From the NCBI RefSeq assembly GCF_963676685.1, contig NC_092355.1, positions 24,552,001 to 24,616,000 of the forward strand: DNA of 64,000 nucleotides, given 5' to 3'. Positions 14,865 to 27,786 of this stretch are shown here, one piece after another (position 1 is the stretch's first letter; each line of letters begins with the position of its first letter). Below the pieces are notes generated by a model, which was given only the letters and a program-made list of their open reading frames with translations, did not search any database and was not told where the DNA came from. The position numbers and the translations under genes were made by a program. Source of the stretch: Mytilus edulis (Eukaryota).

Positions 14865-15160
14865 TGAAATGACCTTAAATAGTTATCAAAAGTACCAAGA
14901 TTATAATTTAGTACGCCAGACGCGCGTTTCGTCTACATAAGACTTATCAGTGACGCTCAAAATATTTATAAAGCCAAACAAGTACAAAGTTGAAGAGCAT
15001 TGAGGATCTAAAATTCCCCCAAAAAATATGCCAATTACGGCTAAGGTAAGCTATGCCTGGGATAAGAAAATCCTTAGTTTTACGAAAAAATCAAAGTTTT
15101 GTAAAGAGGAAATTTATAAAAATGACCACATTATTGATATTCATGTCAACACCGAAGTGT
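14865..15160 (-). mobile_element. Hammerhead-containing retrozyme-like repeat with a mutated core
   Basis: Minus strand gcgtcaCTGATAAgtcttatgtagacGAAAcgcgcgTCtggcgt at 14913-14956; homologous to 52755-53010. Confidence 0.7.
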
Positions 15161-16226
15161 ATATATACATTCTAACTTTATAAATCCATTTGCTTACTGA
15201 TGTATTATTATTTCTTAATAAGATTATGGGACCTGGAAGTACTGTATATTAAAACGAAACATTTAAACTAATATCAAAGTTGTCCTTTTATTGGATAAGT
15301 ACTTAATATCATTAATAGATTGGTGAAATATTTTCTTGGTGGATAATATTCCAGAGGATAGTAGTTTGCTTTACACATTTACTATAATAAGAAACAATTC
15401 CCTCATAGAGCATCACATATATTTGAAAAGTAAAAAAATATGAATAGCCTTGTTACAAACAACGATGCATTTATATAAGATTCATCATTTACAATATTGC
15501 TCCAAAAAATGTCAATACCAATATCAAGTAAGAGTCTTTCAACAATATTCCCATGAGCATCGATAATGATGTTAAAATAACTAACCATTTTTGTAATTGT
15601 GTTAAATTAAATCGCCGAAGGTGTTTATTAAAGTCTTGAGAAATACCAAGTTTATTTGAACTGAAGTATTATATGTACTGTTAATATCATTCCATTATTG
15701 ATAAAAAATGTTATAAAGATGTGCGTTGTGTATTTGAATAATCATTCTCATGCAACATATAGTTTATAGTTTCCGCTTTATTTTTAACGTTATAAATACA
15801 CCACTTTTGATATATGCCAGTTTTGACATTTAAACTGAGGTTGAAGAAAAGTGATATGCGAAAACATTTACTGGTTTCGTAATAAAAACACTAATATTTA
15901 GACATGGACAGTAGATTGTCTGTTTATGTAGTTCATAAGTGTTTCTCGTTTCTCGTTTTTATATTTATATTAGATCGTTGGTATTCCTGTTTGATTGATT
16001 TTACAATAGTAATTTTGGGGGCCCTTTATAGCTTGCTGTTCGATGTGATCCCAGGCTCCATGTTGAAGGTCGTACCTTGACATACAATGGTTTACTTTTA
16101 TAGATTGTAACTTGGAGGGAGAGTTGGCACTCATACCACATCTTTCTATATTATATTGAGTTACAGATCAATGATCAATGACAACAAATAAACCGTTTAA
16201 TTAAAAAATAAAATGTTACTACTCAC

Positions 16227-16238
16227 TGTTGCAAGTCC
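16227..16238 (-). other. Candidate 12-nt micro-exon
   Basis: aatatcag|GGACTTGCAACA|gtgagt. Confidence 0.4.
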
Positions 16239-16375
16239 CTGATATTATAAAAACAGTTAATACGCTAATTATGTCATTTTGATATAACAACAGTATCGAT
16301 GCAGGTGGTATTGGAGTCTAGCAAGAACTTGTACACAATTTGCCAAAACGTAGTATATGTATTGATAAGTTCAAA

Positions 16376-16565
16376 AAAATTATAAAAATGATAGGTTACA
16401 GGAAAATTATAAAAATGATAGGTCACAGGAAAATTATAAAAATGATAGGTTACAGGAAAATTATAAAAATGATAGGTCACAGGAAAATTTTATAAATGAT
16501 AGGTCACAGGAAAATTATAAAAATGATGGGTCACAGGAAAATTACAAAAATGATAGGTCACAGGA
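16376..16565. repeat. 27-bp minisatellite, about 7 copies
   Basis: Unit aggaaaattataaaaatgataggtcac. Confidence 0.9.
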
Positions 16566-17288
16566 CATTTTCTCAAACAACAGGTGGTGACAAAATGGCA
16601 CATTTTGTTTCGATTATACAGAGAAAAAAATCATGTGATAGGAAGCTAAGCTAACTCATAGAATTGTAAAATAAAATACGAGAAATAGCTCTTCGCAAAT
16701 GCTTTGAGAAAATCATGAGACAAGATAGGGTCACTGTGCAGGTATTTTTTTGTTGGCTAACATATACAACATTAACCAAAACCGTGCGCCCAAGACTTCC
16801 GATTTTGTTGCAATTTTCGCTTAAATTCACAAACTAGGGAATTCAAATATGCAATACCAATATTACAAGATTTGACCGAATCGTTCAGCAAAGTCATACC
16901 GAATTTTATATCGTCAATTGATCTTTCTTCAGTTTTTTTCCAAATTGGACTTTCAAACGACTTTAGCAAATACACATGTTTTGGTACTTATAAATTCAGT
17001 CGATTACCAATGGGTTTAAAAACTGCTCCAAATACATTTCAAATGCTTATGGATAAGGTCTTGCACGGATTGAAATTTAAATCTTGTCTCTGCTATTTGG
17101 ACGACGTCTTGATTTTTTCCTACAAATTCGAAAAACATTAATCCGATGTGAAGGAAGGATTTCAACGATTCCGTGCGGCAGGATTAAAATTAGGACCAAA
17201 AAAAGTGTTCATTGGCAGCATCATCTTGTGTTTTTCTTGGACATCTTATTTCGATAGACGGGATCCGCCCGCCACCCGACCGTGTAAA

Positions 17289-17573
17289 AAGTACGATCAC
17301 AAAAATACTGAACTTAGAGGAAAATCAATTCGGAAAGTCCATAATCACATGGCAAAATCAAACAACAAAACGAATCAAAAACGAATGGACAAAAACTGTC
17401 ATATTCCTGACTTGGTACAGGCATTTTCAAATGTAGAAAATGGTGGATTATACCAGGTTTTATAGCGCTAACCCTCTCACTTTGATGACAGTCTCATCAA
17501 ATTCCGTTATATTTACATTGATGCGGATAAACAGACACAATAAATAAAATAGTCAAAATATGGGTACATCAGG
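17289..17573 (-). mobile_element. Short 3'-tail copy of a Penelope-like element inserted in the gypsy RT
   Basis: Interrupts PPPDRV|KAISDYP; GTAAA duplicated at 17284-17288 and 17574-17578; homologous to 19523-19815 and ~44030-44290. Confidence 0.8.
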
Positions 17574-19522
17574 GTAAAGGCGATTTCAGATTACCCACGA
17601 CCAAAGAATATCAAGAAATTAAGACGATTGTAGGGTTCATTTAACTTGTTCAGAAAATTCATACCGAACTATAGTGCACTTGTTTTTTCCATTAACTCGA
17701 CTTTTGAAAAAAGAACAGATATTCACATGGCGGAGTGTACAGGAAACAGCATTTAACGATTTGAAACATAAATTGGTGAATTCCGACATACTTAGTTTTC
17801 TAAAGTTCGATCTGACTTTTCGCTTAAGTGTAGATACATCAGCACGAGGTATTGGATATATGTTATATCAGCTTGACCCAGATGACGAAACACAAAAACC
17901 ACGTATTATTAGGTTTGACTCTAAATCGTTGAGTCAATGGCAACAGTCTTACGGTCCAACAAAATTAGAACTTCTAGGAATGGTCGTTAGCATACTTGAG
18001 TGTATGGATTATTTGCGTTGGAATTCTTTTATAGCCGAATGTGACCACCAAGCATTGAAACCTTTGTACTAAAACAATTTAAAGGGACAATTTATTCTCG
18101 TTTGAAATCGTATACAAAAAGAAAGACGACATGCAAGTTCCCGATGCCTTATTTAGATGCGAAAATAGCAAAGCGGAAGTTGTAGAGAGCCCTGCTGAAG
18201 ATGACCCATTTTTTACGTTCGTCGAAGACGTTTGCGGTAAACTGAAATACCAAATGGTCCAAATTTTTCCGAACTGATTGCTTCAAAAGTTACCGATGTA
18301 CAAGCAGTCCATTTAACTGACGATGCATACGACGCAGATACATTGATAAGTGACCCGTATGATGCCGATACAGATGAAATTGACGATAATATCAGAAAAA
18401 ATAATCAGTGAGAAAAATGTCGACACAGCGTCGAACAATGTACAAGTCAGATACCGGAATCGTTGACAAAACTTGAACAACATCTGTTTTTGAAAATACA
18501 TCAATTTCTACCAAAAAATTAAAACAAATGCAACGTCAGGATATCACATTGACAACAAATATAGACTATCTCGAAAATGACACTTTACCCGAATCTCAAA
18601 AGGAGGCTAGGCGAGTTCTTTTAAAATCATCTGATGACGCCTTGATTGACAAAGTACTATTTCATTCTCGAATCGCTAAAGCTAAAAGAAACAAAATGAT
18701 GGAGCATTATCAGATTGTTATACCCGAGGCGTTAATTAATATTGTGCTTAAAGTTGTTCATGATTCACTCCTTGTCGGACATTGCGGGATTACAATACTT
18801 TGGACAGGGCAAAAGAACACTTTTTCTTTCCAAGAATGGGGAAAATCATTCCAGACTATGTTCAATCATGTCACCTTTGCCAAATACGCAAGGTTTCAAA
18901 TAAGAAAACAAAACAGGAAATATTGTCTTTTCCAACGCCGGCCGAACAATTTCAAGTGTTGCAGATGGCCCTATGTGGCCCTTGTCCAGTTTCTGTTAAT
19001 GGAAATACATATGTGTTTACAACGGTTAATATGTTCACTTAACTATTATTTGCATACCCTTTGCGAAATAAGAAGCCATAACCGTATGTGAGGCAATTTA
19101 CAGGATGTTTACTACTTATGGAGTTTGCCAAACTTTAATATCGAATCGCGGTAGTGAATTTATCAATAGGTGTACAGCCGAATTATGTAAATTGCTTGAA
19201 GTAACACAGGAGTTCACGCCAGCATTTGCCCATCATTGCTTAGGAGCGAGTGAACGCCAACATCCAACGTTAGCAGAACTTTTAACAACTCATGTTCTAA
19301 AAGGAAAATCATGTGAAAACGAACTACATTCCTTTACATTTTCAATGATCTCGTCTGTAAACAACAGCATTGATTTTTCTCCATTTGAAATACTCTATGG
19401 GAAACAACCAAATTTTCCGCTCATTCAATATAATAGCGCATCTTTCAAAGACATATTCGTAGATATGCGTACGTATTTTCAGGAACTCACATGTAAATTA
19501 AATACAACATGAAATAGTATCC

Positions 19523-20683
19523 AAAAAGTAAAATCACAAAAATACTGAACTCAGAGGAAAATCAATTTGGAAAGTCCATAATCACATGGCAAAATCAAAT
19601 AACAAAACGCATCAAAAACGAATGGACAAGAACTGTCATATTCCTGACTTGGTACAGGCATTTTCAAATGTAGAAAATGGTGGATTGAACCTGGTTTTAT
19701 AGCTAGCTAAACCTCTCACTTGTATGACAGTCGCATCAAATTCCATCATATAGTCACCGATGCGTGAACAAAACAAACAGACATAATAGGTAAAAATGTC
19801 AAAAATAGGGGTACAGCAGTCAACATTGTGTTATCATCTTAATCACTATAAAAACAACAAATGTAACGAAGAAGCACAAAAAGGCATACATCAAATTAAC
19901 ATCCTCATTTTGATTATATTATACGATTATATTTGTCTATGTAAAATGCACCCATCAAGGAAGGAGGGTATGGGTACTGGTGTAAAATTGCGCGTTTGAA
20001 ATTCGCACAGGTAGACATGAAATAATTTTGTCGTTCAAAGTATGTCGGGATGCATAAATACAGTCACGCAAAATAGATATAACAAACACTGACTTAGCAG
20101 TTAAAGTAATAATAATAAATAAAATAATAGTGTGGTTTAAAGTATGACGTGATACATAAGTACAGAGTCACGTAAAATGTATATCACAAAAAAAGTTGGT
20201 TAACAGTAAAAGTAATATTAATGAATAAAATAATTTTGTCATTCAAAGTATGACAAGATACATATGTACAGAGTCACATCATAAAATAATGTTGTCATTC
20301 AAAGCATGACAAGATACTTAGGTACAGAGTCACATCATAAAATAATTTTGTCGTTCAAAGTATGATGGGATACATAAGCACAGAGTTACGTCAAAAGGAT
20401 ATCTCAAAAAACAGACAACAGTAAAAGTAATAATAATAAAGACAAATAAAAGAATAATATAACACGTAATTAAGATGATAAACAACGTCAGTACGCAAAA
20501 TCTATACTTCAAGACCATCGTGTATTATTTGTGAAGTTGATACGGAATATTTATCAACAAGTTCTGGGTACCTTCCGATGAACTTTTTTAGAAAAAGGAC
20601 GAGACGTTCTTTGACATACCCCTGGTTCATCAACTTTCTGCTCAGACACTGGTGACGTTTTACAAAGTCTGAGTAGGAGCTGC
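19523..20683 (-). mobile_element. 5'-truncated Penelope-like element nested in the gypsy integrase
   Basis: Minus strand 20500-20683 encodes SSYSDFVKRHQCLSRKLMNQG...KKFIGRYPELVDKY (PLE RT C-terminus, frameshifted), then a ~1-kb tail with internal repeats. Confidence 0.8.
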
Positions 20684-22617
20684 TATCGCATCCGGCTTAC
20701 AAATGGAGGTAAAGGAGAATTTGAAAACTAATAACTTAAAATTATCAATTGGTGACTTTGTTTATTAACAACGTGAACCTATTGGTGTAGGAAGAAAATT
20801 TCAACCAATTTTTGATGGTCCGTATGTAGTTATTAACATTCCGAGTTCACATCTTATCAAACTCCGCGACCCAACAAGGAAAAGAAAGCTGTCCGACCCC
20901 GTACACATAAACAGACTGAAATTAGCGAATATCCGAGTACCTGACCCTGCGCATTGTTCAGCGCCTTTTATGTTGAGAGTACCGAGGAAAATGAAACTCT
21001 CAGTTCTGATAAGAACGACGATATTGAAAAACAACCGCCCGATACTATTGACAGTTAGCCTCATGTTAGGAGGTCTACAAGAAAAGTTAACAAACCAATG
21101 CGTTTCAGAGACGAAAACTTTGTAACTTCTAATGACATTGAAAGTTCAACGGATGCCAAATCCGAAAAGGTAAAACGAATTTTGTCAAAGAAAAAAGAAC
21201 GGAAATCAATCATTCCTATATTCAGTGCAATCAGTCGGTGAACCCTCACAAAATGCGCAATGGAGAACATTATCGCAACTATCACAAAAAGCGCAAGATT
21301 TGTAAATTTCAAGACCGCCGCCGCTAGTGAAATAATTTTATTTATTTCCCATATATTATATCTACATTATGTATGTGATATATATAGTATCTTGGTAATA
21401 ACTGTGTCGCCAATTACTTGGAATATTCCGAATTTTAATTTTCAACAATGTCGTTAAAGTTCAATGATTAGTGTATATATGTATAGTCAATGTGCGTGGT
21501 ATTTCCTTGGATGGTTTTGTTTCTTTAATTTGGATTTGAAGGGTTTGGTGATAACTATATCGCCAATAACCACTGATTTTTTTTAAATACGTATTCGAAT
21601 TAGAATTAAAGATCAGTAAATTGCGAATATTGTCATACCAGAATGGCCCATGTGTGTTATTCTGCAAAGTTTGAAATAAAGTTAATAGTGTTTCATAAAA
21701 CGGATTTGGTGAAAACTGTTTCGCCAACGAAAATTTTCGAATGGTGTACTTGTGATTAGGATGGGAAATTTACAGTTTATTTACAGATTATGACTTAAAT
21801 AACATTTAATGAACATTTGTTTTTTTACGTTGTGTAACTAATGATACATTTGTTTTATGATTGTGTGTTTTTATGATTGTGCGTCTGCTACCCATTTCAT
21901 TTATGCACGTTTTATTAGTACATGCAATTGTGTATTTTTATCTCTATGAGTAGGAACGAGTCAGAAAGTGGTGTATGAGAAGAAATGATTTGCTTAGAAC
22001 GAAAACCTTTCATTTTTAATGATGTCGTATGTGTGTAGACAGGCGAACGAGGAGTATATGTTCTCCACTGAGAATCGTAATATTTATTATTCAACCGATG
22101 GAATATTTAAATACTGTATCTCTATCACACTATACTTTATATTTGGTGCATTATTTGCAATATTTTTAATTGACCCTATATGATAGGTACACATGAATTT
22201 TTGGGTGCAGTGGCGAATTTTTGAGAAAGTTTTAGGAGAGAGAAAAATGTTTGTTGTTTTGAAATTGCATAATTATATGACTATATTTTCGTTAATTATT
22301 ACAATGTTGAATTCCGTCTGTGAAACCAACAACCATTTAGAAATTTCAATAATTTCTTTCTTTCGGGGCGGGGATGTTATATATTTTCGTTATAAATAAT
22401 GGTTGCAAGTTCACAGTCTGGTATCTTTATCATTCCGGAATCGGAAAGAGTTATTCCGTATACGGACTGATATTAACTCTCTCTTTTTCTTGTCGATGAG
22501 GGTAGAAGTCGTTATTTTTATTTGAGTGCAAAATGTTACAACAAAAACTATCTTATTCGTAATTATACGTGTCCTTAATATACAAAAGTCCCCCAAGGAT
22601 ACATAATATGGTGGGAT

Positions 22618-24560
22618 GTTAAAAGTACGAAACTACGTCACATGTACCACAGAAACACAAAAAAGTAGCACGTACAAAGCACACCAGCAAAAATAAAAGA
22701 TGTTACAAACAACACATTAATATAAAATAATCAAGAGACCTATGTTAAGTGACAAGATATATTGTGTTGCTTATGAGACATATATTGCTTTTGCAAACAG
22801 AACAAGGACCCTTAAATATAACCTATGCATTTATACTCAATAAGTTGACATATCATGACAGAAACACTTTACCAATTTCAGGAGTCAGGAGATATCCGCG
22901 TCCTTACATTCAAAGATTAATTACAGCGATATCAGTTTATATTTTCAGATTTTTGCGAGAACATAACAGCCAGTGTCATAATGTTATGAATCAACGTTAT
23001 ATATCTACACCCTTGCGAAGGGATATACGTTTTCTTCATTTGTGCAATCTCAATGATTCTATTTGTATACGTAATCTTAAGAGTGGTTAGTTTAGTGACT
23101 CTAAATACAAGATAAATGTAGAAGATATGTCATACAGAACAATATATAGACATGTTTATACCAATTTAACCCCGTTACAGTATGTGATACCTCTATCACA
23201 GTATGTCTACGGCTGTACTTTGTTTTACATGTTTGAATAACTCTCAGTAGTATTTGTCTAGTTCAAAAGGCGTCTACGTTGAAACAGGTAACAGGGAAAA
23301 CTGAGCTAAATTACATTGAGGACAATAGTTTGTGTAACACACAAACCTGAATGAGAAACCAGTACGTTATAGAAAAGAAGATACATTTGAAAAAGGGAAA
23401 GGGATAGCCTTGCTACGTACAACAATTGAAATGATATCCGTTTCTATCATTTAGAATATTTCATCGAATGTTTTAATTCCAATGTCTATGGTAAATCGGA
23501 TTTTTTTCAATAAAATAACCATGAGCATCGATATTGATATTTACACATTTTGAAAATCGAGACAGATAAAGTTATTTGATAGCAATGTATTATTGACGGA
23601 AGTATCCTATCATGCTAATGTTGATTTCATTTATAAAAGTATGAAACAAATACGTTATGTATTTCAATAATTGTCAATACGGCCAATTATTATTCACAGT
23701 ATCAGATTCAAATAATCATTTTTAATACACCATTATCTCTATGTTTAGATTTTTGGGTTTTGTTCACATGTAGATCGTAAAATATCAGCTGCAAGCCACA
23801 ATGTGAACCTGTTTGACATGTGAGTGCATCGAATGGCTAAAATGTTTTACATTGTATCAAGTGGCTTATATTTTACGATATCAATGTGTATAAAACCCGA
23901 TTATGAGTTTATCTTTCTATTACTAGTCTCTCGACATATTTACAATTGACAAAAGCAAAGCCTAGTACCGTTCCCTCACACATTGTGACGTCGCTGGTAA
24001 CTTCTCATCAGACATTGTGATGTCGATTATAATGCCCGCTCTCGTCACAAAGACAGGATACGAGCATTTCGTTAGCGACTGAGTAAGATTATATAAGCTA
24101 AGAGGAGGAAGATAAATCTCAGTATTTGCATTTTAACTAAGGGTTATGGTACGTAATTTGCGAGAACAATTACTGTTTTGTAATAAGAAAAAAGACTCAG
24201 TTAGACATATCTCGACTGTATTTAGTTGAGTTACAGACCCGCAATGATCTACAATTAATCTTATAATTACATAATTACTTACTGTTCCAATTCCCTGAAA
24301 TCATGAAACAAATATTACTCTATTAATTATGTTAATTTGAAATATGAATATTATTCGTTACTTAGATTTACATGTTGGCATATTATGTACAACATTTTGA
24401 TCCCTGAACGTTGATACTGAAATGATACAAAAATGATGCAAACAAAAGAGAGATGAACTTAGATAATCGTTATGTATGGTATGACCACTTAGATTTTGCG
24501 TTAAATATAATCACAAAATTAGGCATATTGTATTCCGGGGTAGCAAGAGCTGTTAATATG
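22618..24560. repeat. Older diverged paralogous segment of 5437-6720 plus 8965-9555
   Basis: Collinear similarity, e.g. aaaagtacgaaactacgtca...; the second half matches the module at ~9 kb. Confidence 0.85.
24283..24294 (-). other. Candidate 12-nt micro-exon
   Basis: gatttcag|GGAATTGGAACA|gtaagt. Confidence 0.45.
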
Positions 24561-25560
24561 GACGTAATTCTGCGAACCCAAATTTACTTTTTTATGTTTC
24601 CTTTTGTAGATTTAGAAAAAAATAACTACAGAGGGTTACAAATCTCCCTGTTTATAATTTTTGTTTAAAGTCTGTAAGCCTATTATCAACTTACAAACCT
24701 GGAAAACAACTTCCCACATGAAAATTATCAACTATACTGACATAAACAGCATTGAAAATGTAAACTGTGCAGACCATCGCACTTCGCCTAACGCATTTCG
24801 GTGTAGCTATCAACAAGAATTAGTCACAATGCCACCATCGCAACGTCAAGTCATCGCACCTCAGCGTGACCACCGCTTTTCGAAGGACCATAACGGTTCA
24901 GAGTCCTACATATATAAATATTCATTTTCCACCGTGATACACATATCCCGATATGTCTCCGGCTGTACTTTATTTACATGTAAGAATCGCATCACTTTCA
25001 TTAGAAACTGTCTAGTATAACAGAAAATGTACTCTGACGTTATAACAGGAAGCAGAAGAAACTTAGCAAAGTTGCAGTAGGGATCCGGACAGTGATTTAG
25101 TTTGTACATTTGTTAAATTAGAAGCAATTGCTCTATATAGCAGCAACTACGTTTGGAAAGGAAGGGAAAGATCAAACGTCGTTACGAACAACAATGGAAA
25201 TAATATCTTTTTTCATCGTTTACACTTATACGTCGATTGTTTCAATACCAATACCAATCGTATTCTTATCTCTGTTATTAAAAAAACTTGAGCATCAACA
25301 TTGATATTCAGACATTTCAACGTTTTCAATGATGATAGAAATGATTTATCGATAGACAACTTTAGATAATCGCAATATGGTATAAATATTGAGAATGTAT
25401 GTTCAACATAAAAATAAAATTATGCATATTCAACGAGATATAAATATTCCTAGTATCCCGATATGTGGTACCCTTATCACGGTATGATTTTTGTTGTACC
25501 ATATTTTCATGTAAGATTCGCGACACTCTTATTAGCATATTAAACTTAATAGCTACTTAC

Positions 25561-25578
25561 TTTATATCTCTCTGATTC
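25561..25578 (-). other. Candidate 18-nt micro-exon
   Basis: gacttcag|GAATCAGAGAGATATAAA|gtaagt. Confidence 0.4.
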
Positions 25579-27786
25579 CTGAAGTCATAAACAAAATATT
25601 GCATGATTTATAATTCGTATCACGATATACCATACTTCATATGTACAATTTGATGACAAATAAACAGATAAAAGGATAAACGAAGTTAATTATTAATATG
25701 GTTGACATGATAGACCTTTCATCTTTGTCCTATAATATACAGTAAATTCCTTTCGTCTGCATTACTGATTTCCTGTGTATTTTCAAATAAACAATAAGGA
25801 TCAACAAGAAGTTACTTTCGTAGCCATAACGTATTGGGAAATGTTGCAGCACATCCTGTTTTAATTGTCAACTGCATCATGCTGATTTTAAAGAAATATT
25901 ACATACTTGATTGATCACATATATGCGGTATGGATGACAATGCGACATCTATTTCGAGGGACCAATTCAGGTAGATGTATGCAAATATAGGTCACTAATA
26001 ACGCTCGTTTGCAAACGTTGACAAATTTGATACCTATTAAAAAACTCCCTACTCCAGATTGCCAAGCTTTACCATTTTTGTTTACCTTATTTGGTTGCAC
26101 AAACATTTAATGACTTCTAGAACAACATTAAACTTTTATATTTGAAAAGTCCAAACATTGAGTCATATTAATCATTCTATCAATTTTTAGAGTAAGGTAT
26201 ACAATACTGTTATGACAATTGTCTTTAGAGTTTATTCAGCCCTGTTCAGTAGCAGTTCACACAGTGGTAAGTGTAGACAGGTAACTACATTGCGGAACAA
26301 TTTATGGCAATCACAACACATCTCTATATTTTAAATCGATTAAACAGATTTAAATTTACAGTAGTCGAATGGTATGACCAATGCTGGAAGCTGGAAACAC
26401 TGCAGTGGATATATCGTTAAATTAAATGAAAGACTATACATGACTTTATTCAGTCTGTAATTCAATTTCAAAATTGCTGTTTCAGATCAAAATCTGTTTA
26501 CTAATGCATGGGACTTAAAAGATATTGCTCATATCGCCTTAAATCTGAGCAAACTCAGGTCAAGGTCTGGCACTCAAAAGTTAGAAAACCAAAATAGTAT
26601 TTCGCTACAACATGTACAAACGTCCCCGATATGACAGAATGTTTGAAACCGAGAAGATCAGCGGACTGTTTTGTGTACTATCTATTACATTTTATATACT
26701 CAATATTTTATAAATAATTATAAATTATATAAGCTAAGTACAAGCAGGTTAGCACAGATGGATTTTTTTACTAATTCAAATTTGATTTGTAATCATTTTT
26801 ATTTGTGAGAGAAATGACATTAAGTGTTCACTAGAGATACTTCGTCACGATAACTTTTGTTTTCTGTCTTTTACATACTAAAGGATAATTCATGTTTTCA
26901 TATTTAAAAAGAAGCAAATGACTTCTACTAATTAAACATTGACAACAGGGATTTTCAATACAATAACACATTTTATTTATTTGTTGTAAATAATAAGAAT
27001 TAGGTATGTATAACTCTTAAATGCGAAAAAACTTATTTACATTTTTTAGAGAAAATAACGTGTCACAGACGTTTATGTACAAAAAACATTCCGGAAAACT
27101 AGAGTTTAAAAATAGCATGTATCAGTAGATAGGTAGAAGTAATATACTATAAAGCAAAGTTGCAAACACAGTGGTATTTCTTTTTATTAAATGTGTCATC
27201 TTTTTAAGTCATAAGTTCTCTGTCGTAATCTGCTACTCACTATATATATGATAATCAATAAAAGTAAAGTCATTGTCACCATTATTATCTACATGCCTAA
27301 TAATTTAAAATAAATAGGACTAATTTTGTAATTCTCTTCCTAAAGTATGTATTTTTTCCCAGAGATATCTGAAGATTAATTACAGCAGTTATGAAAATTA
27401 TCAAGCACAAATATACATACGAACGGTTAGGTTTTTTTCCTAAAGGTATTTGATAAACACTTATTTTGCTCTACAATTATCATTATTATATATAATTCTA
27501 TGATTTATTTTTACAGACGCTTTTGCGAGTTAGTTGACTGTTTTGAATGTATGTGTCACAATGTCAAAAGAAACATGGTACCAAACAAAGTGTTTGCAGT
27601 TGACAACACAATGATCATGATTATGTACAGTTTTGCCGGAAAGTAAACATCAGTACGTTGATGGTTTTTGTAACGAAAGAAGATGAGTTATACGAGAATA
27701 TGCAGAATCAGACCTTTTCGCGTCGTTATATGTTGTCAAATTGGTTTCAAACAAAACAAAACATTATTAATGAGTTAATGATACAC

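Larger units (their letters stand above)
16740..22543 (+). mobile_element. Decayed Ty3/gypsy LTR retrotransposon (pol remnant: RT, RNase H, integrase, C-terminal GPY/chromodomain-like region; PPT and probable 3' LTR remnant)
   Basis: RLPMGLKTAPNTFQ and CYLDDVLI (17094-17105); RNase H VDTS...GIGY...ELLG...CDHQAL; integrase H...GHCG...CHLC and SNRGSEF; FDGPYVV; many stops and frameshifts; purine tract GGGGCGGGGA (22365-22374) followed by TGTTAT; no gag or 5' LTR recognised. Confidence 0.9.
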
